The notes under the pieces are model-generated. The model made no database searches and was not told the origin of the DNA. It saw nothing but the letters and a program-made list of their open reading frames with translations. From assembly GCF_009914755.1 (NCBI RefSeq), contig NC_060927.1: a DNA stretch of 64,000 nucleotides, one strand, 5' to 3'. The position numbers were made by a program, and so were the translations under genes. The first letter of the stretch is position 1. Each line of letters opens with the position of its first letter. Below, in pieces: positions 15,501 to 28,514 of the stretch. The stretch comes from the human T2T-CHM13v2.0 reference genome, Homo sapiens.

Positions 15501-16050
15501 AAAGCCATAAAGAAAAGGTTTAACACACTTAACTACGTACAAATTTTCAATTCTCTGTGATGAAAGACACCACAAACAAAGTTAACAACAAATGACAGAC
15601 TGGAAATGACATTCAGAATATAAAAGTGGTTCGACACATCAATAAGAAAACAAATCAATAGAAGACAGGCAAATTATTTTGACTGTGATTCACTGAAGAA
15701 GTACAAATGGCCCAAAAACTGATAAAAGATGTTCAACCTTAATACTGATAAGAAATGCAGATTAAAATTAAAATAAGATATTTATTTGTTTTTAAAGTTT
15801 GTAATATTAGGAGTGTATGATACTATAGGAAAATAGGCACCCTCAAATACTCTTGTACAGTAATGAATTGGTGAAGCATTTTTGGAAGGCAGTTCAACAG
15901 AAACTATAAAATTTTAAAATCCACTTATTTTTGACATAGCAATTCTACTTCTGGAATCAATCTTAAGGAAATATTCACATATGTGCACAAAGATGTATGC
16001 TCCTTGCTTGCATTATATTTAATAATAGTGAAAAAATGGAAAATACACTT
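12540..16050 (+). mobile_element. Ancient L1M (ORF2 3' part), split by THE1
   Basis: Degenerate A-rich L1 ORF2-like sequence, e.g. 'aaagatgttcaacctt...gaaatgcagattaaa' and 'agcaattctacttctggaat', on both sides of THE1. Confidence 0.55.
13143..15428 (+). mobile_element. Complete THE1 (likely THE1B) MaLR provirus: LTR 13143-13506, internal 13507-15065, LTR 15066-15428
   Basis: Two LTRs running 'tgat.tggtttggctgtgtccc...actaataca', a THE1-int body, and a perfect 5-bp TSD aagtg (13138-13142 / 15429-15433). Confidence 0.95.
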
Positions 16051-16079
16051 AAGTAAAATAACTTTCTTTACTTGCTTTC

Positions 16080-17440
<1,361 letters not shown>

Positions 17441-19294
17441 TAATAATACAAGTTTGTCACTAGGAGAGTATCATAACACAATGATCTTTAAAATTTTGTT
17501 CACATATTCCTTGTAAGACTTTTGTGAAAGTATGACATTTACTTTATTTTAATTTCAATGCTATATTGTAGAATGTATGACTTCCGATGTTTTTAATATT
17601 TACACATTCTTTAAATATATTTTCATCAAAACCTAGGTGCTGTACATTTACTTACTCAATTTATGGAAATGCCATATAATCTAAACAGCAAAGACAGTTC
17701 TAACTTTGCATCAGACAAATTTGACTTCATTTTCAATTCAAATAAATATGGGTTTCAGTGGCAACCATCTCACATCTAAATTCCAAATCTAAGCTATTTC
17801 TATTGCCTGAGTGAAATAAATGTCACCTCCGACTATGTTAAAACTGTATGTGCCTTGCTCTTTTTGGCCCTTTCCCCCAGGAGCTATGCATTCTCCACTG
17901 TCCCTTGATTTGCACTTTGAAATCTTTTACACCTCAAGCAATTGCCTCATAGGTCATATTAAGGATTGGTGAGAGGTGTGCTTTTCATCTGCAATGGTGA
18001 CTGACTGATTGTAAAAGCGGACGGAGAAAAGGGGAGCAGTCAGACCACAAGAGCATTCTCAAACAAATCAATTGTAAGGAGAAGTAAATTTGAAAGTTGA
18101 AGATCTGGAAACTAATTCCTTGACAAATTTTCATTCCCATATAATCCTTGAAAGTCTAGGAGCAGCTCTGGATACTCAGGTACTCGCAACCCATTCTAAA
18201 AATAAACTGGAATTCTATGCAACAAGAATAAATAAAGGGTATATCTGTATGCAATTACAAGAACATTGGTAAGAAACAATTTTAATTGACAAAAGCAAGT
18301 GGCATAATAATGCTTCCCATTTATCTTTGAAATATGTTTTTAATCTACATGCACCCATATGTCAGTTCATAGAAGGGAAGTCAAGCAGACATAAAAAGCA
18401 TTGATAGTGGGTATCTCCAAGAATGGGTTGGGGGACATGGAAGGAGAGATTCACAATTTTCCCAGTTACCTTTTTATATTTTAAGTTATTTTTTAAAATG
18501 ACATATATTAGTTAAGAAAAATTAAGATTAAGTAAAAATCAACTAAGAAAAAAATTGAGCAGATTCTGATATTGTAGCGTTGATAACAACTTTTAAAATA
18601 TTTTCTTAGAGCAGTATATAAACATTACCAACAGCTTTACAAAAGTGAAAATCAGTTGCAAGAAACTCTTACTTCCCTCTTTCCTTTTTACATTGGGTAT
18701 TTTTCTTTTACTTTTGTTTGATAGTTATTTTATCATGTGCTCTATTACAGTTCTCTGTGCCTGTATTTGTCTCCCTCACTAGATAGCATGCTCCTTAAAG
18801 GAATGTATCTTTTCCAACTTTGCAATCCCCATACTTCACACAATGCCTGGGGTACAGTTGGATTACAATGAATTTTTGATGGAATTAATGAGTGGATAAA
18901 TTAATGGAAGCGAATGGCTTGTCCCTGTTTTCTTCTTTGTCTCCTTGATTTAACAGATGAATTTTGTTTTATCTTGCTGCATAATGTTCTATTCTACAGT
19001 TATTGGATAGTACATTCTAGACATTTTAATACATTTACAGACATTATCTCACTTTTCTTCTCTATTTTGTGGTGAAGAGCCATGAGTAAAAAATAGACTC
19101 AGCTTACACATGGGGAAGTAGAAGTCCACACAGACAAAAAACCTATTTCTAAATTCACAGTCATAGATACCATAACCATGAGATCATAATTATTTACCTA
19201 GCAGCATGAAGATCCATAGATAACTTTAATAGTTAGCCAATGGCTCTTCTAATAGTGCTTCTAATATGCTATTTGAAGTTTAAAAAATGTTTAA

Positions 19295-19638
<344 letters not shown>

Positions 19639-21673
19639 TTAATAGCTTAAATATTATTTATTAAATTATTCTTTAGAAGGTATTTAAACAAGCCTTTAGC
19701 TAGTTCTTAAAATATTTTAATAACATATCAGACAGAGAGAGAGAGTCATCTCAACAGATATATTTGTCAAAGAGAAAAGCAGAATTGTAATTTTTGTGAT
19801 ATGGGAATATGTTTATGTATATATATTTATCAAAGTGAAAGCAAAGTGGAAATTTACAAAAGCAGAAAATTTTTCTTTGAGTTCTGTAGTGATTTTGATG
19901 TTGAACATCATTAATAGCAGCAGTTAATACAATATCAATGAAGCAAGAAAACAAAGCCAAGCAGGAAAATGATAGATTTCCCCACCATTCCCCATGCTCC
20001 TTCAGAGATATGGAACTTTTGCTGAAGAGAAGCAATACAGTCATTTCTGAACTATAAATATTACAAAGCATTGTGTGGTGGCCAGGGTCAGGACAAACTC
20101 TTAGGTCTCTAGTTAGGGCTGTATTTGCCACACTTATTTCAGTCTTATGTACGCAGAAATATCATATTTTCAAAGACAGAATTTACTAGAAAGTAGACTA
20201 TCATATTCCCAGTAACATATAGAGACCCTAGACCAACAAGCGTGGTTGGTCCATTTCAATAACAGTTTTAAATTTTTCCTTTTTTGAAGACTTCATTACT
20301 CAACTGAAATATAATAATTAACTCCAAGTTTTCCAGAAATATTTTTCTGCTACACAAAGACAAATGAGCCAGAAGCCAGAAAATATTAAAAATAAGCTTC
20401 AGATTAATTTAAAAGAACATGATTTTTCTAGTAATCAATTGGAGAGAAGAATGAATCTAGGTAAATGCACTCACATAATACACATTTTAATGCTAGACCT
20501 AGGAATTCTCATTTCAAAAAAAGAATGAGAAAGCAGAAAATAAAATAAAACAAAGAAAATCAAAATAGGAACAATAAGAAACACTTCATAGGAACTAGAA
20601 AAATGTTATTCAACATAAAGTAGGCAAACAGCTACTGAGGTGCTCATATATCTCTTTGGAGATCAGTGATGTAATATGGCTTATCAGTGCAATGGAAGAT
20701 ATGGTAATATAATCCCCTCAAATTTTGCTAAAAGGATATGGTAAATATAATCTTATTTCTGATAAAACCTTTTAGGAAGCTAAAAATATAAGAGTTGTTA
20801 TTTTGTTTTAAGAATGCAGATAGAGAATATAATAAAATATCTCCCCATCAACACTAAACTCATTAAAATAATATAATTTGAATAAAATGAAAAAATTCTT
20901 AACCACACTCAAAAACATATAAGAAAGCTCTTCATAAAGAAGAATTGGAGAGGCATTTCTAAAATAGTAAAGCAAAGGAAACACCACAGCAAAGGCTGCT
21001 TCTTTACTATCATGAATCTGAAACTGGAGCTGCATTGTTTAGAAACAAATTCTGAGGCTTCCTTGCCCAGTAGACAAGTCTAAAGCTAAGCTACCTTCAA
21101 GGCTAATGTTGGTGCTATTATGACATCTCACTACAGGAAATTCCCATCATAAGGTGTGAAAATAAGACTTCCTCTGCAAAAAACTAAGAAACAGAAATAA
21201 TTAGGTAATACCAAATCTTTCCAGAGGCACAATAAACTCAAACATTAAGAGAACTTACGGCCAAGAAAGTTGGGATAATAATACAAGGTAAAAATATGAA
21301 ATATTGAAATATTTCATAATCTTGAAGAGTCAAAGGAAGTGACTTCTTCCAATAAGCAAGAACCATACATTATGAAAAAGATAAAAAGCAGTTATGACAA
21401 ACTAAGAATTCCAAAAAATGTTTTAATGTACTTTTATTTCAAAAAGTTAAATAGGACTAAAAATGTGCTAGAAAACTGAGCTGAGAAATTTCCCTGAAAG
21501 AATCCAAAAAAATATGAAAAATATTAAGAAAAAACTAAAAGACAGTAAGTCTAGACTACTAAGATTCAGCTAAAAGAAGTCCCAGAAAAAAAAAAAATGG
21601 AGAGACTAAAGGGGAAAGATATTTAGAGAAATGCATGGTCAAGAATTTTCCAAAAGTAAAGAAATATGATTTT

Positions 21674-23612
21674 ATGCCAACAGTGAATAATCTGAAAAAG
21701 AAATTTAAAAAGTAATCCTATTTACAGTAGCCAAACATAAAATTAAATACCTAGGAATTAACCAAATAAGTGAAAGATCTCTATAGTGAAAACTATAAAA
21801 CTGTGATGGAAAAATGGAAGAGGACACCAAAAAATGGAAATATATTCCATGTTCATGGATTAGAAAAAATAAAATTGTTAAAATGTCCATATTATCTAAA
21901 GCAATCTACAGACTCAGTGCAATCTCTATAAAAATACCAATGGCATTCTTCACAGAATAGAAAAAAACTATTGTAAAATTTATATGGAACCACAAAAAAA
22001 CCAGAATAGCCACAGCTATCCTAAGCAAAATGAACATAACTGGAGGAATTACATTACCTGACTTCAAATTATACTACAGAGGTATGGTAACTGAAACAGC
22101 ATGGTACTGGCATAAAAACAGGCACATAAACCAATGGAACAGAGAACCCAGAAACAAATTTATACACCTACAGTGAACTTATTTTCAACAAAGCTACCAA
22201 AAACAAAACATACATGGGGAAAAGACAGTCAGAGAAAACTAGATATCCATATGCAGGATCATGAAACTAGATCCCTATCTTTTGCCATATACCAAAAAAA
22301 AAAATCAAAATGGATTAAAGACTTAAATCTAAGACCTCAAACTATAAAACTACCATAAGAAAACATTGAGGAAAGCATCCAGGACATTGGTCTGGGCAAA
22401 AATTTTTTGAGCAATACCCTGCAAGCATGGGCGACCAAAGTAAAAATGGAGAAATGGGATCACATCAAGTTAAAAGGCTTCTGCATAGCAAAATAAACAA
22501 TCAACAAAGCGAAGAGACAACTCATAGAATGGGAGAAAATATTTGCAAACTACCCATCTGACAACGGATTAATAACCAGAATATATAAGGTGCTCAAATA
22601 ATTCTAGAAGAAAAAAACTAATAATCTGATCAAAAAATGGGCTAAAGATTTCAATAGACATTTCTCAAAAGAAGATAAACAAATGGCAAATGGGCATATG
22701 AAAAGGTGCTCAACATCATTGATCATCAGATAAATGCAAATCAAAACTACAATGAGATATAATCTCACCCCAGTTAAAATGGCTTATATCCAAAAGGCAA
22801 TAACAAATGCTGGCAAGGACGTGGAGAAAATGCAATGTAAATTAGTACAACCACTCTGAAGAACAGTTTAGAAGTTCCTCAAAAAACTAAAAATAGAACT
22901 ACCATATGATTCAGCAATCCCATTGCTGGATATATACCCAAACGAAAGGTAATCAGTATATTGAAGAGATATCTGCATTCCCATGTTTGTTGCAGCACTA
23001 TTCACAGTAGCCAAGACTTGGAAAAACCTAAGTGTCCATCAACAGATGAATGGATATAGAAAATGTAGTACCCATGCACGATGAAGTACTATTCAGCCAT
23101 GAAAAAAGAATTAGATCCTGTAATTTGCAACAACATGGATGGAACTGGAGATAATTTTGTTAAGGGAAATAAGCCAGGCACAAAGAAAGACACATGTCTC
23201 ATGTTTTCACTTACTTGTGGGATGTAAAACTAAAACAATTGAATTTATGGACATAGAGAGTAGAAGGATGGTTACCAGAGGTTGAGAAGGGTAGTGGGGG
23301 TTGGTGAGAGGTTCAGGGGGAGATGGGGAGGGTTAATGGGTGCAAAAAAATTAGAAAGTATGAAAATGGCCTACTATTTGATAGCACACCAGGGTGACTA
23401 TAGTCAATAATAACTTAATTATATATTAAAAAATAACTGAGAGAGTATAATTGAATTGTTTGTAATGTAAAGGATAAATGCTTGAGGGGATGGATACCCC
23501 ATTATCCATGATGTGATTATTATGCATTGTATGCCTGTGTCAGAACATCTCCTGTACCCCATAAATATACTCACCTAGTATGTATGCACAAAAATAAAAA
23601 ATAAAAAAAATT
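21674..23612 (+). mobile_element. L1MA1/2-like 5'-truncated LINE (ORF2 C-terminus plus 3'UTR)
   Basis: ORF2 remnants ('KWIKDLNLRPQTIKL'), an L1MA-type 3'UTR 'gagagtagaaggatggttaccagag...ggatggatacccc' and an A-tail. Confidence 0.9.
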
Positions 23613-23636
23613 TTGAAAGCTTCAAAATAAAGTTAA

Positions 23637-23999
<363 letters not shown>

Positions 24000-25303
24000 T
24001 CAATAAAAAGCACAAGAACAAATATTCATAACTAGAAATCACAAAATGAAACCTGAGGAAATAATGAAAATTAATTAACTTCTAAGGAGAAATTTTACAC
24101 AGAAGAGGAAAATAAATCATAAAGGAATGAGAACTAGAATAACATCAGTAATACTGTATTCAAAAAGACAAAGTAGCAATATCTTCATACAATTGAAATA
24201 AAATAACTGAACATAGAATTCTATACCCAGCTGACCTATTTTAGCTGGGTCAGCAATTTTACATATACAATGGTTATAAAGTTGATGATCCTCAGATCCT
24301 GTCTGAAAGAGCAAGAAACTAACATAGTCTGCCAAGAAAAAGAAAGTTAATAGTAAATATTAAGATGCATTAAGGCTGAGCAGTCAAGGAAATAAGTAAA
24401 CAAGATTAGTAAATCTAAATATGATTTGTATAAGAAATGGTTTTAAGTGACAAGGGTGTAACTACACCTTTAGATAATATCATCATGGGGTTTAGATACA
24501 GGTAGAGATAAATAAGAATCTGTCATAATAGTTTTAAGTGTGTTTGTCAAATATTTAGATAGTCCCTAGAAGAATGAAAACAGAATATGAATCTTTCAAA
24601 AATTAAAATAAAAAAGGAGCACTGTATCACTCTGACAGAAAGCTAAAAAGGAAAATATAAGAAAGGAAAGAAAATATGGCAATTCATAGGTGTTTTTCCC
24701 ATATCCAATTTTAAATTTTAAGATAATCAAATATATCAATCCTTTATGTGTTTTGGTTTTGTGCCTGTCTGGGAAGATTTTTATTTTTTTCTACTGGGGA
24801 ACTATGATAAATGTCTCTACAATTTCTTGTCAAAATTTAGTTTTTTTTACTATTACTATGCGGGTATTAGTTCCATCTGGAATTTGTTTTGGAATACTAA
24901 ATTAAGTAGAAATCTGTTTTTTCACTATAAAATCATTTTTTGAATAGTCCACACTTCTCCCACTGGTTTAAAATGCCAACGCACAAGCCTCTTTTTCTGA
25001 TTTTGTTGTTGTGTTTTATTGATCTACTTGTTTTTTTCTTGTAAAAGTATTATACTGTTTTAGTTACTATAATTTTAAAGTATATCTTAAATATTGTATT
25101 CACTCACTTTAAAAAAATGCTGCTGTTTTTATTTGAATGGAATAAAGGAGAGTCCACTAAACATGAAAGTAATAAATTAAATTAGCAATTAAAATGCCTC
25201 TAAATTTGGATAAACAATTAAATGCTAATAACAAAACATAAATAATATTAAAAAGAAAAGAATAGTCTAAAAATGGGTATTTGCAATGCATTAAATCTTT
25301 AGT

Positions 25304-25490
25304 AATGATAGTTACTATCATTGTTATGATAATGACAGATGATAGTTACTATCATTGTTATGATAATGACAGATGATAGGTTAATATAAACAGTCTTCAA
25401 TAGCTCTTATATATCTCTATAAAAAAGCTCTTATATATCTCTAAGCTCTTATATTGTCTTATATATTTCTAAGCTCTTATATAGCTCTAA
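25304..25490. repeat. Local tandem duplications: a 34-bp unit x2 and an 'agctcttatat' unit x4
   Basis: atgatagttactatcattgttatgataatgacag at 25305 and 25339; agctcttatat recurs over 25402-25482. Confidence 0.85.
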
Positions 25491-26042
25491 GAAATATACT
25501 AACTCTCCAACTGAATAATAAGCCAAAATGTGCAAAAAGTATAAAATATTAATTAAACATACGAAGTAATATTTAAATCTCCCTAATAATCAAAGAAGTT
25601 TAATAAAAGTAACGAAATACATTTACCTAAGAACTTGTAGACAATTTAAACTACTAAAGCAAATTATCCTATAGGTATGACCCGTATTGTAAACAATGAG
25701 GTTTATTTATTCTCAATTATAAGATTTAAGGTGAAAGAGAAACCACAGTATTTCAGTTATAAAACTTTAAATGAGAAAATATCTTGATAGAGTAAAGATA
25801 AAATGAAATATTGGTATAATACAGCTTCATGTTCTCAATAAAATTATAAATTTTAACTACACTTAGCTATATAGTAAAATTATCAAGATATCATTAAATT
25901 TTTAAAAGCAAGATTTAAATTGAAAGTTAGTTTATCCCAATTTTGTTTTTAAAATACAATAATGACGGTAAGTCTAACAAGTTGAAATAAATGAGGAAAA
26001 ATTCATTACTTTATGCTCCTCTATATGTGAATCTCTGTCTCT

Positions 26043-26045
<3 letters not shown>

Positions 26046-26079
<34 letters not shown>
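26046..26079. repeat. (CA)n microsatellite
   Basis: Uninterrupted CA run. Confidence 0.95.
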
Positions 26080-26081
<2 letters not shown>

Positions 26082-27005
26082 TCCCATATCTCATTCTATT
26101 TTATATATTTATTTCCTCTAACTGCCATAGAGAAAGCTTCAATAAAAACCAGTCACTCTGAAGTCCTCACTTATCTATTAGTTCCCATCCCCTGCTAGTT
26201 GAGAATTGTCTCAGTACTGCACATGCATGTTAGATGAACTTCTGCCAGTATCAAAAAAGCCCTAATACACAAGGCAAAAAAAAAAAAAAAAAATGCTGCC
26301 AGTATCAAAGAGGCCCTAATACAGGAAAAAAAAAAAAAAAAAGCTTGTATCAGTTTGAAGTGAGACACTATCAAGGTACAAGAGAGTTGAATCCCATCCA
26401 GAATGATGCACTGGACTCATAACTAAAATCAGAGGTCAGGCCAAGAGAATGTGAAGCATATTGCAAGAGTGCCTGAAATAAAGCACTCCTTTCACAACTA
26501 GACATGTTGATATTCTACATTAAAACGAATGTGTCGTCAAGTCCTCCAGGTGGTAACCAAGCTTGATTGCTGGTGAAAGATTTAATACACAAGTGTTAGT
26601 GGAACCAGCTACAATCACTGCTTCAACAATTGGTCCCAAGTATGGAGTAAGTATTCATCATCTTCCCTCTCCACTGCCTATTCTAGATGACCCTCAAACT
26701 AAGCTGCTACTTCAGAAGGCCTAGTTGTAATGTTTGGTAAATAAATTCAGATCTCTTTATACCTGAGGGATTTAAGATCCTAGTTGTCTTGCCCTTGAAA
26801 AGCCACGGTTGCTGCATTTGCCCTTTCTTGATTATCCCAGGCTTAGAGTAACTAACAAAACAGTGTGATGAATCCCTTGGGAACGAAATATATATTCCTC
26901 ACTTTTCACAGCAATCATAGCTCTTCATGAAAATCAGGGTATCTTCCATACCATTTTAACTTTCCTGCTAGCCTACTAGCATGAGAAGCCTAAAGTGACC
27001 AGATG

Positions 27006-27431
27006 TGTTATGGTTTGAATGCTTTTGTTCTCTCCAAAATTCATGTAGAAACCTAATCATCTCCAAAATTTTGACGTTGTCAATACAATAGTATTAAGAG
27101 GTGTACACACGTACCCTAGAACCGAAAGTATAATAAAAAAAATATATATATATATAAAAAGAGGTGAGGCCTTTAAGAGGTAATTAAGCCTTGAGAACTT
27201 CTTCCTCATTAATTAGATTAAGGGCCTTTTAAAAGAGGCTTCACACAGCATTTCACTATCTGACTTGTTTGCCCCTCTGCCTTCTGCCATGTGAAAACGC
27301 AAAAGACCAAGTGCTGGCACCTTGATCTTGGATTTTTCCAGCCTCCAGAACTGTGAGAAAATAAAGTTTTATTCTTTACAAATTATATAGTCTCAGATAT
27401 TCTGTTCTAGGAACACAGATGGACTAAGACA
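27006..27431 (+). mobile_element. MaLR solo LTR (MST/MLT1A-type)
   Basis: Runs 'tgttatggtttgaatg...ccagcctccagaactgtgagaaaataaa...ggactaagaca'; TSD agatg / aggtg. Confidence 0.85.
27104..27158 (+). mobile_element. Ultra-short 5'-truncated L1PA 3' end
   Basis: 'gtaccctagaaccgaaagtataataaaaaaaa' with TSD aagaggtg (27096-27103 / 27159-27166). Confidence 0.8.
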
Positions 27432-27928
27432 AGGTGGTAATCATACTTTCAGATTTAATAGAATTCTTATTGGTGAAATATTTTTTTCCACATGGAACCA
27501 GGACCTTCTTTAATCTATCAAAGCCAGAAGTTACAGTTATTGGGAAACATAAATTCCGCAGTTGGGTCACTATGAGTCATGAGATGTGAGTTAGGCCAAG
27601 CTAATTCTACTTCCTGTTTTATTACCTGGAATTGTGCATTTTAAGTATTGAGGATATAGCACCATATATTAAACTTTGGCTCAGAGCATAGATATAACAT
27701 CCTGGGGAAAAAATGCCCCAACCTGTCAGGACGTTATTTCAGAGCTAGTACCCTAGCTGAACATTTAATAGGCCATTCCTTCGTCCTGCTAAGCCAGCTG
27801 CTTCCCAGTGATGCAATGTGGGGTATAATCAATGGATACCTTGGCTTTGTGTCTACTGTTGCTATTCTGTTACCATAAAATTTGATCTGACATCATGTTT
27901 TTTTATTATAAGTATTTTGTGAGGTCTT

Positions 27929-27976
27929 TTTTTGTATTTTAGATTCAGTGGGAACATATGCAGGTTTGTTACATGG
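27929..27976 (-). mobile_element. Ultra-short 5'-truncated L1 (L1PA15/16-like) 3' end
   Basis: 'ttttagattcagtgggaacatatgcaggtttgttacatgg' with TSD ttgtgaggtctt / ttgtgagttctt. Confidence 0.75.
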
Positions 27977-28007
27977 TTGTGAGTTCTTATTGTTTCTGGA
28001 AGGTGCT

Positions 28008-28372
28008 CTATTCATCAGCTTGAGTTACCATAATTAATACCACGGACTGGGCAACTTAAACATTAGAAATTTATTTTCTCATAGTTCTGAAGTTTAGAAA
28101 TCCAAGATGGAAGTCCAACAGAATCAATTTCGGGTGATGATTCTCTTCCTGGCTTGCAGATTACCACCTTCTCATTGTGTACTCACATGAAGGAAATAGA
28201 GAGTTCGTTCTCTTCTTATAAAGGCCACCAAACCCACCATATTAGGGCCCCATCCTTATGACTTCACTTAACCTAAATTACTCCTAAAAGCTTAATCTCC
28301 AAATACAGTCACATTGGGAATTAGGGTTTCAACATATGAATTTGACGAGTGGGGCACAATTTATTCCATGGC
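28008..28372 (-). mobile_element. MLT1A-type MaLR solo LTR
   Basis: 'gaaatttattttctcatagttctg...cttcctggcttgcagat...ctccaaatacagtcacattggg...gggtttcaacatatgaattt'. Confidence 0.8.
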
Positions 28373-28514
28373 AATCACTATGGTTGGGGAAAGCAAAACC
28401 AGAGCCAGAAGAAATGTCAACTCCAGTAAGGACAAATTGCTGCTCTTTCCAAGAACAAAGGGGACTGATATAATAAAATCTCCACAAAGTAGTTTGCCAA
28501 GTTCTTCAAGGAAC

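Larger units (their letters stand above)
26340..28514 (-). mobile_element. Old ERVL-class internal sequence (integrase region), interrupted by MaLR LTRs and L1 micro-insertions
   Basis: The minus strand at about 27763-27813 translates HHWEAAGLAGRRNGLLN, resembling the ERVL integrase motif HHPEAAGLIERWNGLLK. Confidence 0.7.
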
